A DNA stretch of 64,000 bases from Candidatus Omnitrophota bacterium (GTDB taxonomy: Bacteria > Omnitrophota > Gorgyraeia > Gygaellales > Profunditerraquicolaceae), in the NCBI GenBank assembly GCA_029571225.1, contig JAKPTF010000035.1, positions 81,925 to 145,924 of the forward strand, in the 5' to 3' direction. The notes below the pieces were generated by a model. It saw only the letters and a list, made by a program, of their open reading frames with translations. It was not told where the DNA came from and made no database searches. How positions within the stretch are numbered: position 1 is the first letter of the stretch; every line of letters starts with the position of its first letter. This document shows, one piece after another, positions 61,301 through 64,000 of the stretch. A program made the translations under genes and the position numbers.

Positions 61301-64000
61301 GATCACTATCTGGAACTCCAGGAACGGCATCATCTTAATGACAAGATGAGCGAAGATGGCGATAACAAATGCGTAAAAGATAGCGGCGACCAATCCAAAA
61401 CCCAAAGCAGTGGTTCCGACAATGATGATCGTGAAAACTACCGTGGGAAGACCCAAAGTATAATACGGATTATCCGAGTAACGCGCCAAGGCAACAGGGA
61501 ATACTGGCTGGATAAATCCGCTTGTCAACTGTTTCAACCAAGCGCGAACAGCCAACGTAAACAATCCGACTGCAGCGCCAGTGGCGGCTGCAACCTGTAA
61601 TGACATAACAATGCCGCCTCCGGTCACTATAAACAATACGGCAGTTAGAATGAATGCCACAACGGCAATCCCGAGAACCAAATAGGGATTCCTGTTTTGG
61701 CCCCATCTTCTCAAGCGCTCCGATTTAATAACAGCGTTTGCCGGATCTATGTTCTTCTTAATAAGCCATTCCCTTATAGGCTGGGAAGCTTCTTCAATAA
61801 ACCTTTGCGAAACCTCGGCTGGGCTTACTTGCTTTCCATTTACGGTTATAGAAGCTGCAGATTTCTCCCACAAGTTCTTGTGAATTCCCACCTTGTTGCT
61901 GTCCGGGTGCAGAGGCAACATGTAACGGTTCAGGGAAAACTTCAACACAGGATCCACATAATGCCTGCCTTCAGATTGCTTACCGCAATACTCAAGCACC
62001 CTCTTCACATCTCTATCGGAAAGAATATAGTATGCTTTGGTCCATTCTTTGTGCTCTTTGAGCAAGGCCTTTATCACATCCATGCGCTTGCCTTCGTTTT
62101 CTTTCTTCCATTTTGCAGCATGGTCAGTCATCAGGGCGAAGAAGATATATCCGATCGGATTGACGTAGAATTTTTCCAGATGAGTAACAACCAGCAAATT
62201 ATGCATTGCGTCATATTCGTCAGTCGCAATCCCTGATCCGGGCGTTACACTTGCGATAAGTTCCCTCAGGGCATTCTCAACTTTGCTGCGCGCAGGGTGT
62301 TCTACAGCTATTAATGCTCCGTCTCTCAATGTTGCCAAAGTGCCATAGTAGGTTTCAAGCAGAAACCGCAAATGAATTAGATCGATAATCTTATAGTTAC
62401 GCTGTCGTTCCTGAGATAAAGCCGCTTGGATTTCATCAATGTTCTTGCTGTCCAACCACTTACCAGGTTCAATTTCCCCCGACTCCAAAGCCCAATATAT
62501 ATTTCGCACATAGGAACGAGCTTCCTCGTTATTCATCAGGTATTCCGCCAAACGACGATAGTCAATCCTGTAAAAACCTGCCAGGTACTTGATTATTCCC
62601 CACATAATTGCTTCATGGCGATGTAACGAATCGAGTCGCAAGATTATATTCTTGTATTGCTCCCCTCCAATATAATCCTCTCTTTCTGTTCCAGCAAAAA
62701 TGCTCTTCGCTCCGGTCTTATGGATTTTAGGTTGCTCGCCTGCTATTTTCTTGCCTAAGCGTCTTAATCCGATATACGAAATTACTGTGACAAATGCTGC
62801 CAAGGCAATAGGCAAAAGAAGTGTAACCAAACCAATTCCGGCAATAACAACTAGACCAAACATTCCCGACACCCCGGAAGACATAGCGGAGAACGGCTTG
62901 CCTTTGGATATGGACGCGGGAAGGTTCAACAGATCCTGCGCAGCCTCGTTCAGGCAGCGATACACAAACACCGCTCCACTATTGATATTTATATACTCTC
63001 CCTGTACCCTAAAGTATTCTACAAAGATCGCAATATCTCTAGGCAGCAATGAAAGCACGGGACTACGATCAACTCCCCTATCATAGTCTTTCCATTCAAT
63101 CGGAGCATATTTATTCTTGATCTGGTATTGCAGGCTGTTGAAAACAAAGCGCTTAGCGTCTCTCTCTGGCAATTTGGCTGGCATTTGAATTACTCTGCCC
63201 GAATTCTTTTCAACAGAGATTTGTTCGCCGTTGAAATTATTCTTCTCATTCATCCACTCCTCGGGATTTGTTAAGAGCTTTAACATCTCTTCCCTAATTC
63301 CAACGGAATAATCCGAGCGATTGACGTTCTTGCTCATGACCCAGTAGTTTCCATAGCCTTCAAATGCCGTATAAGCTTCTTGATAAGGAATAAATTTGCC
63401 ATCATCAATCTTGTAGCTTCTTTTTGCCAACCCTGACGCAGTTTCGTAATACATCTTGATGGCTGGCAATTGCATGAGATTAACAATCCCCAAGAGGTCC
63501 AAAGATGGTCCAGCGTATTCATCCCACAATGTAGTTCCCTCAGCGGTAAGAGCAAATTTTTTCATGCTTTTTCTATTTTCTCTCTTATCATCGACGTCGT
63601 ACTGGAAGGTGATGGATTTTTTATCCGGGGTGGCGGGATCGAGAGCCTCCAGATGGATGGTACGATTGCCGGTCTTGCTGATCCAATCCATGTTCTGCTC
63701 GTAGAGGGAATAATTCAAACCATATGCGGGATTAAAATGATAGGTCGTACCGCCCTGACCGTAACCAAGATGCAGCGGGCCGGCATCGTAATAGCTGGCA
63801 ATATCCTTCTGAAGATTGATAAAGGTGACATCGGTGAAGGCGCCGCTCGCGATAAGCTCTTCGGAAGTCATCTGCTCGCCAGCCTGAACCTTATCCAGGA
63901 ATACTTTGGTCTCCGGGCTATTCAGTGCGAATCCATCCATGGTCGTCACAAGGTGACCGGAACCGTCTTTGAACTGCAGAATGATATTGGTGACCTTGCT
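2..64000 (-). CDS. Giant multi-enzyme ORF, internal fragment (both ends lie outside the window; 21,333 codons here)
   Basis: Hand translation of the minus frame with codon first bases at 64000, 63997 ... 4 gives continuous enzyme-like protein, and I met no stop. All 51 minus-strand ORFs in the supplied track start at coordinates = 0 or 2 (mod 3) and none at 1 (mod 3), so this frame yields no bounded ORF, as expected if it is open edge to edge. Dozens of catalytic motifs (GlgA KTGGLGDV, GlgB, GH13 regions I-IV, GT2 QxxRW, etc.) all lie in this one frame. Confidence 0.9.
1391..3010 (-). other. Module: GH13 alpha-amylase-family catalytic domain (third GH13 in the window)
   Basis: The four GH13 conserved regions occur in order: I VIIDWLANQH (~2735-2765), II GFDGFRIDAAL (~2258-2292), III AFILFEGFE (~2125-2150), IV IGPEHDAFD (~1925-1955). 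Confidence 0.7.
3060..4780 (-). other. Module: glycogen debranching enzyme, amylo-alpha-1,6-glucosidase type (GDE_C barrel plus N-terminal domain)
   Basis: WLYNWTRDAMISLPGL (~4150-4200), GKNPQYNCVDASLLFMWALGKYLEATGD (~3960-4060), LTWMDA, GKAVDINALWFNAL and YHQGTIWPWLSGVFIEA (~3270-3320) are hallmark motifs of archaeal/bacterial-type debranching enzymes. Confidence 0.75.
4800..6420 (-). other. Module: GT-B alpha-glucan synthase/phosphorylase-like (GT5 vs GT35 not resolved)
   Basis: SIYVVAAEISLLAGGLGRVEQY (~6355-6420) resembles the N-terminal GGL loop of glycogen synthases/alpha-glucan phosphorylases. Also present are VGVTNGDN (~5545-5570) and SYSGRLVPEKAG (~5360-5400), plus C-lobe-like [32 protein letters not shown] (~5040-5140). 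Confidence 0.5.
7400..9130 (-). other. Module: glycogen-synthase-like GT-B glycosyltransferase (divergent, GT5-like)
   Basis: IVFVSPEAKPVSAAGGMASVVGELAEVL (~9040-9125), GNDWMCAPL (~8640-8665), ITNGVS (~8255-8280), LLSRAAEQKGI (~8020-8065), FSLWEPGGISPMKALAFGSPCLVS (~7735-7805). Confidence 0.6.
9560..10990 (-). other. Module: GH13 alpha-amylase-family catalytic domain (second GH13)
   Basis: Regions I ILVDLIPHVNQ (~10683-10715), II GIAGVRIDVAHNF (~10447-10487), III FIFIGENYG (~10240-10275), IV VVTALETHDYF (~10058-10090). Confidence 0.75.
13690..14260 (-). other. Module: HAD-superfamily hydrolase-like, degenerate motif I
   Basis: AVVLDIAGVLFDN (~14210-14250) is motif I with the second Asp replaced by Ala. 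LAKPDRRAF (~13765-13795) and VLFIDDQCANA (~13690-13735) are typical HAD-IA motifs III/IV. Confidence 0.5.
14850..15450 (-). other. Module: nucleotidyltransferase-fold-like
   Basis: GLVFFINGDVG ... MKGSDLDVLVVTG (~15255-15400) resembles the G-x-n-[DE]h[DE]h signature of Pol-beta-type nucleotidyltransferases. The support is weak. Confidence 0.35.
17150..17720 (-). other. Module: class I SAM-dependent methyltransferase
   Basis: VLDVGCGAGHLAVLMAVEGHRVVGLDLS (~17590-17670) is motif I plus the acidic post-I residue. NAKGKLIIEISD (~17160-17200) fits the later beta strand. Confidence 0.65.
18430..19650 (-). other. Module: GH9-like (alpha/alpha)6 glycoside hydrolase
   Basis: AMSFVMGHGDRAPRNP (~18650-18700), GRIVGGP (~18570-18595) and YRDTASEEDSVMFNEPTNQDQNSAVLFA (~18445-18530) resemble the GH9 patterns S-x-V-x-G-x-G..P, GALVGGP and Y-x-D...NE-x-x-x-D-x-NA. 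The usual H-x-R is absent. Confidence 0.45.
20500..21110 (-). other. Module: CE4 / NodB-type polysaccharide deacetylase
   Basis: HVIFRFDDGWKSQF (~21058-21100; TFDDG-type motif 1), QIGAHSASE (~20880-20905; H-S-x-x motif 2, second His not seen), ITFMFHKL (~20530-20560). Confidence 0.55.
21130..21560 (-). other. Module: beta-sandwich, possible carbohydrate-binding module
   Basis: About 140 aa, beta-rich (VEGWAVPQTGWDVDL ... YVVEYMVDVRQ ... AIAIAIEAQEADGRLEAYCDGIRV), between the last TM helix and CE4. This is a pattern-level resemblance only. Confidence 0.3.
21660..23250 (-). other. Polytopic transmembrane block following GT2 #2
   Basis: Long hydrophobic runs, e.g. FFGFLIPFFLNPIMTTTIIAVAYSIV, ATFAAFTCVLAFGIWAAPFISACILY, GIAGVTVFTLGILAAYY, LLMIGTWIWDILTLMILY, GAALALMTGAIAL, IVLPVAGMFVV. 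Confidence 0.5.
23250..23960 (-). other. Module: GT2 processive beta-glycosyltransferase #2 (BcsA/PgaC-like)
   Basis: YLIFLPLYNE (~23925-23955), FIDDGSTDAT (~23830-23860), VILIDGDS (~23680-23705), GAGGVF (~23440-23475), GDDMEVT (~23375-23395), QRIRWRRG (~23250-23275). Confidence 0.75.
23990..24760 (-). other. Polytopic transmembrane block following GT2 #1
   Basis: Hydrophobic runs FAVGISLIAMSSTFFFSPLVIILIGINWLILGIPAWTYIV, MMAAVLSLFYYY, FGIGQFYFSMLLFDHLSFIALA, AAMLMPLIYGTYLML, WGSVLVIISFAIVTLI. Confidence 0.5.
24760..25540 (-). other. Module: GT2 processive beta-glycosyltransferase #1 (NodC / hyaluronan-synthase-like)
   Basis: VVLPVYNEE (~25490-25520), AVNDGCQDNS (~25385-25420), ISLDSDT (~25220-25245), GEDRHLT (~24925-24955; the GEDRxLT motif of the NodC/HAS/chitin-synthase group), QQLRWKRS (~24812-24838). 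Confidence 0.8.
25565..25715 (-). other. Transmembrane helix pair preceding GT2 #1
   Basis: IKPFCLALSVSLFIGAFATIMLVSSVFGFIALVSSVWSIVFLCAGF. Confidence 0.5.
26200..27040 (-). other. Module: HAD-IIB (Cof / sugar-phosphate phosphatase type)
   Basis: LIAFDYDGTLT (~27005-27040), AIVSGRG (~26885-26915), FVAGDSENDLDML (~26365-26405). Confidence 0.65.
27560..28170 (-). other. Module: HAD-IA, beta-phosphoglucomutase-like
   Basis: AVIFEVDGVIFDT (~28110-28150; Glu at the usual nucleophile Asp position), LAVGSGS (~27830-27850), THGKPHPDMF (~27715-27745), LVIGDAVADMEAARAGG (~27625-27680). Confidence 0.6.
28230..29400 (-). other. Module: cofactor-independent (metal-dependent) phosphomutase, archaeal ApgM-like
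   Basis: KIVFLVMDGLGGLH (~29345-29390), GVTPGSGPGHFAIFGYDP (~29190-29245), VNFATARDG (~29085-29110), VLVVTGDHSTPAAMKGHSWHEVPV (~28365-28435). Confidence 0.75.
29560..29715 (-). other. Hydrophobic hairpin (2 predicted TM helices) bracketed by DGG motifs
   Basis: ILNALPFILMAFHEVLLVVIPAIAAFFHGYVTAGLLWLGIGTVIIQSWLIW lies between the DGG copies at ~29723 and ~29453. Confidence 0.5.
29890..30480 (-). other. Module: minimal nucleotidyltransferase (Pol-beta superfamily)
   Basis: VYVFGSFIMCPAYSDVDVLVIT (~30245-30310) matches hG[GS]-x9-13-DhDh. Confidence 0.55.
30600..31400 (-). other. Module: bicupin-like (two double-stranded beta-helix halves)
   Basis: DVIYVESGKVTLGLF...IELSAGD (~31145-31225) and IELIFVVRGEVKYTVY...LLLSAGD (~30705-30805). 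Confidence 0.4.
32294..33115 (-). repeat. Uncharacterised ~270-aa module, paralog copy B (pairs with 44879-45673)
   Basis: Shared blocks with copy A: S-x-IRE-x-W-x-I; G-x-TN...N...I...CNP; SYIP...L-x-KEIT-x-RT..RA-x-Q-x-G; LYY-x-W..EDE-x-RA-x-Y..DYE..L..PLR-x-L-x-RGLG. Both copies are bounded by DGG. Confidence 0.6.
33190..33365 (-). other. Hydrophobic hairpin bracketed by DGG motifs
   Basis: GFIVFVGMIMAGSVGAGMLIGSFPAAAFIILAIGISAALAGVSMDAFGVIGRFI lies between the DGG copies at ~33416 and ~33116. Confidence 0.5.
33580..34420 (-). other. Module: HAD-superfamily phosphatase (IIB-like)
   Basis: VVLIFDVDKTLL (~34375-34410), VAIISGN (~34265-34285), IYHGNEFFKGGNA (~33585-33630). Confidence 0.5.
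34490..36960 (-). other. Module: GH94 glycoside phosphorylase (cellobiose/chitobiose-phosphorylase type)
   Basis: SRGMGTRDSWQD (~35830-35875), DDHLWMILAIYEY (~35655-35695), LLTADWNDAN (~35490-35520), GSWLTGAAAWYLRAVMQFMLGIKP (~34720-34790), DPCIPSNWAGYRVKRKFRG (~34640-34700). The DGG-to-DGG length is 832 aa. Confidence 0.7.
36995..37145 (-). repeat. Short peptide repeat LSTVAD(E)DLGPA x2 with conserved QALG-x-STVA lead-in (third copy near 44880-44950)
   Basis: Plus-strand ...ggcaggccccaaatc(a/t)tc..ccgccacggtaga... occurs twice (37021-37060 and 37091-37130). ccgccacggtagagagacccagggcctgcc at ~37111 compares with ccgccacggtagattgacccaaggcctgcg at ~44907. Confidence 0.6.
37150..37215 (-). other. 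Single predicted TM helix
   Basis: VQLLAVLYLAFIAFPAIVLISI. Confidence 0.45.
37810..40010 (-). other. Module: phosphoglucose-isomerase-like (SIS fold), divergent
   Basis: VIKPGIGGQHTPF (~39690-39730; GIGGS-type), VIPSSKSGSTDETMMIF (~39500-39550; SKSG(T/S)T-x-ET), MYDNVAGRWTGDL (~39090-39130; near-match to the PGI G-G-R-[FY]-S signature). Confidence 0.55.
40900..41650 (-). other. Module: GHKL (Bergerat-fold) ATPase-like #2
   Basis: TDLIQNMLHED (~41583-41610; N box), VRFKDNGAGFD (~41300-41335; G1), GSFGEGLKMAVA (~41215-41255; G2). Confidence 0.5.
42000..42800 (-). other. Module: GHKL (Bergerat-fold) ATPase-like #1
   Basis: IDLVQNHLPSD (~42715-42750), IEIRDDGVGYD (~42565-42600), GKFGEGLKIAAL (~42485-42520). 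Confidence 0.5.
42860..44760 (-). other. glgB: Module: 1,4-alpha-glucan branching enzyme (CBM48 + GH13_9 + C-terminal domain)
   Basis: [22 protein letters not shown] (~44600-44665), [31 protein letters not shown] (~44000-44097), HIDGLRMDAVASMLY (~43801-43845), TVAEESTAWP (~43640-43670), ALSHDEVVH (~43445-43475). The DGG-to-DGG length is 652 aa. Confidence 0.9.
44879..45673 (-). repeat. Uncharacterised ~265-aa module, paralog copy A (pairs with 32294-33115)
   Basis: SSDIREEWMI, GLTNVTISENGARIYGCNP, SYIPRQHLGKEITLRTLLRAIQIGQALG, LYYIWGVEDEHRADYNPDYEDNLLLPLRTLSRGLG. Confidence 0.6.
45800..46480 (-). other. Module: RelA/SpoT-homolog-like nucleotidyl (pyrophospho)transferase domain
   Basis: LVYIPLAYRLGM (~46395-46430; cf. 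EIYAPLAxRLG), IDHRIKGALSIYLRLNKK (~46170-46220; cf. GRxKxxYSIYxKM), YFEIQIFDESSFVFTKAEYG (~45820-45880; cf. EIQIRT...AEYG). Confidence 0.5.
47150..47950 (-). other. Module: HAD-IIB phosphatase-like
   Basis: LVFFMDKDGTLTG (~47905-47945), FVVITGG, IIGIGDSATDYNFL (~47185-47225). Confidence 0.6.
48200..48490 (-). other. Module: Nudix-fold-like, Nudix box degenerate
   Basis: VHTQGLWHRTVFVLLVNKEGEILIGVRG (~48400-48480) parallels the N-terminal strands of the two Nudix modules below, but no G-x5-E-x7-REUxEE box follows. Confidence 0.3.
48700..49080 (-). other. Module: Nudix hydrolase (IDI-like), copy B
   Basis: VHVDGDLHRDNRVWVINPRGQVFVQKRG (~48985-49065), GGHLNLGDTYMEGCLREIEEELNL (~48862-48935). 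Confidence 0.6.
49450..50840 (-). other. Module: cupin-containing ~460-540-aa module, copy B
   Basis: SRQGIHTHEAEELTFSG (~50320-50375; cupin motif 1-like). GCLVRIPAGYSHTLRN (~50010-50060) matches cupin motif 2, G-x5-P-x-G-x2-H-x3-N. The conserved tail is SIDWTFKD, LYPGLQVVRFMPWPKNI, RGPPE, VLNNN, ITGF, DYEIIVITASE. Confidence 0.45.
50852..51055 (-). other. DGG-bracketed hydrophobic linker, copy B
   Basis: VIADAFLKITRFAEGMRGFNDLLMLFGAVVVITLEVKKIYVRN... is homologous to the linker at 53585-53812 (shared [YF]GAVVVI-x-L-x-VK). Confidence 0.5.
51070..52570 (-). other. glgA: Module: glycogen/starch synthase (GT5, GlgA type)
   Basis: VVIVTPESEPFFKTGGLGDV (~52495-52565), LHANDWPAALVP, GIPNGIYYPIW, PLIGMVARIDEQKG, LYPSEFEPFGTRPVVALINRVPGVVRRTGGLADN (~51290-51390). 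Confidence 0.85.
52800..53150 (-). other. Module: Nudix hydrolase (IDI-like), copy A
   Basis: HLAGEWHSDVYVFVINKDGQILLQRRA (~53060-53145). GHVLAGETPEQAAVSRMQQELGM (~52940-53015) aligns residue for residue with the IDI-type box [24 protein letters not shown]. Confidence 0.65.
53585..53812 (-). other. DGG-bracketed hydrophobic linker, copy A
   Basis: SNAQALKSSVYSILGMIRLALRKVGLIAYGAVVVIWLRVKNL...AGIFGSAGIFTAMAYSA. Confidence 0.5.
53830..55430 (-). other. Module: cupin-containing ~540-aa module, copy A
   Basis: SRQGIHKHPK (~54790-54825), GYVVRTPAEYIHTIRN (~54428-54480). The conserved tail is SIDWTFKD, LYPGLQIVRIMPWPKNI, RGPPE, VLNNN, ITGF, DYELIIVTASE. Confidence 0.45.
55442..56366 (-). repeat. 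Tandem repeat copy 1 (C-proximal): guanylate-kinase-like P-loop module
   Basis: VVYSGPPGGGKGAVWE (~55885-55920), HTRNIRKGEQMGVNYHYRNPDHWF, LIILECGLAWFEAL, MSIFISPF. This copy is offset 939 bp (313 codons) from copy 2; for example, atgaagatgctcatcaggtc occurs at ~55494 and ~56433. Confidence 0.6.
56367..57305 (-). repeat. Tandem repeat copy 2 (N-proximal): guanylate-kinase-like P-loop module
   Basis: AIYSGPPGGGKGAVWE (~56824-56858), HTRNIRDGEQMGRNYHYRNPGHWF (cf. guanylate kinase TTR-x-PR-x-GE-x-x-G-x-DY-x-F), GLEIAKRIHAREVKEAEKVKA lead-in. The similarity is mirrored in the antisense track ORFs 55628..56284 and 56321..57493. Confidence 0.6.
57860..59150 (-). other. Polytopic transmembrane block (C-terminal to the GT48-like core)
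   Basis: LTIFVFALFVTFSPFSYFALPLFFIVAQYIF, VLISLGLLLQRFWSLVFTFATLI, FAMILFIIVALTPIHPFGVIFQLFFYMLPFVFLFGPF, AAMYGIAAAIYYLTVTGINIIIGTAILMW, LVAAVYAIVTLSVIGGTVAAAILPAILTPALLIVMLFAWGAIGLIY, LSIMYGLVVSGYVIF. Confidence 0.55.
59150..60000 (-). other. Module: FKS / callose-synthase (GT48)-like catalytic core, tentative
   Basis: IDHMIFKNGQDDALIVNLDRD (~59620-59690; cf. FKS NHAIIFxRGExIQxIDxNQD), LGWMTTRLSMGTGGVSNVAANHKVAEDTWNE (~59425-59520; cf. [24 protein letters not shown]), FDFYFNKPLIPLYNLTIFVFALF (~59040-59110; cf. FYYAHPGFHLNNLFIQLS). The comparison is against remembered FKS1 sequence only. Confidence 0.4.
61040..61700 (-). other. Polytopic transmembrane block (N-terminal to the GT48-like core)
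   Basis: NPYLVLGIAVVAFILTAVLFIVTGGGIVMSLQVAAATGAAVGLFTLAV, LGLPTVVFTIIIVGTTALGFGLVAAIFYAFVIAIFAHLVI, FLEFQIVIWPMFFVKIFLPYI, FFVLGAYSVGIAVLSLAFGLGTIVTLGLIVIGIPLVLL. Confidence 0.55.
62765..62885 (-). other. Predicted TM helix or helix pair
   Basis: SGVSGMFGLVVIAGIGLVTLLLPIALAAFVTVISYIGL. Confidence 0.45.

Noticed and set aside
355-63555. The 51 short minus-strand ORFs in the track (60-152 aa)
   Set aside because: All are in the two non-coding minus frames (start coordinate 0 or 2 mod 3) and overlap the giant frame. Their products are compositionally odd (R/C/S/W-rich) and motif-free.
63838-63903. An apparent in-frame TAA and local double frameshift near 63.89 kb
   Set aside because: It came from my mis-registering one sequence line by a base. 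Re-reading gives ...SPETKVFLDKVQAGEQMTSEELIASGAFTDVTF... in the same frame with no stop. It is still worth confirming computationally.
1-64000. Interpretation as a long operon of about 45 separate genes on the minus strand
   Set aside because: No stop codons, start/RBS contexts or intergenic spacers separate the modules. They stay in one frame for the whole window, and the track shows no bounded ORF in that frame.
1-64000. Alternative genetic code (stop-codon reassignment) as the reason no long minus ORF appears in the track
   Set aside because: The coding frame contains no TAA/TAG/TGA in my translation, so no recoding needs to be invoked. The ORF is simply unbounded within the window.
1-64000. 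Giant repetitive adhesin / RTX / Ig-like repeat protein, the usual explanation for very large bacterial ORFs
   Set aside because: No long arrays of near-identical 80-110-aa repeats and no GGxGxD nonapeptides are present. The content is heterogeneous enzymes, with only two local duplications.
1-64000. rRNA, tRNA, ncRNA genes, transposases/integrases, prophage or CRISPR features
   Set aside because: I saw nothing supporting them. The entire window is occupied by the coding frame, and I recognised no transposase/integrase/recombinase motifs or terminal inverted repeats.

Overview
The whole 64,000-bp window appears to be an internal fragment of one giant ORF on the minus strand (codons 64000-63998 down to 4-2; 21,333 codons), with neither start nor stop inside the window. 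Two lines of evidence support this. Hand translation of that frame is continuous and full of textbook enzyme motifs. The supplied ORF track also has no minus-strand ORF in that frame: all 51 minus ORFs start at coordinates equal to 0 or 2 mod 3, as expected for a frame open from edge to edge. Every long plus-strand ORF in the track is an antisense shadow. The product is not a repetitive adhesin. It is a string of roughly 45 different, mostly full-length enzyme modules. In N-to-C order (high to low coordinate) these are:
- an FKS/GT48-like membrane glucan-synthase head
- two tandem guanylate-kinase-like modules
- duplicated anchor+cupin+Nudix supermodules around a GlgA-type glycogen synthase
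- HAD and RelA/SpoT-like modules
- GlgB branching enzyme
- two GHKL ATPase modules
- a PGI-like isomerase
- a GH94 phosphorylase
- further HAD phosphatase/mutase modules, a metal-dependent phosphomutase and minimal nucleotidyltransferases
- two processive GT2 synthases with polytopic membrane blocks, followed by CBM-like, CE4 deacetylase and GH9-like modules
- a SAM methyltransferase
- two more GH13 modules and two more GT-B glucan synthase/phosphorylase-like modules
- an amylo-alpha-1,6-glucosidase module
- a kinase-like module
Modules are separated by a recurrent in-frame (K/R)-D-G-G junction motif (at least 37 copies, often the identical DNA 11-mer). Several junction pairs bracket short hydrophobic anchor inserts, and there are tandem and segmental internal duplications. 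I could not support any RNA gene, mobile element, CRISPR array, promoter or terminator. Sub-feature coordinates are approximate (about +/-30 nt). All domain calls come from motif recognition by eye on my own translation, not from database searches.
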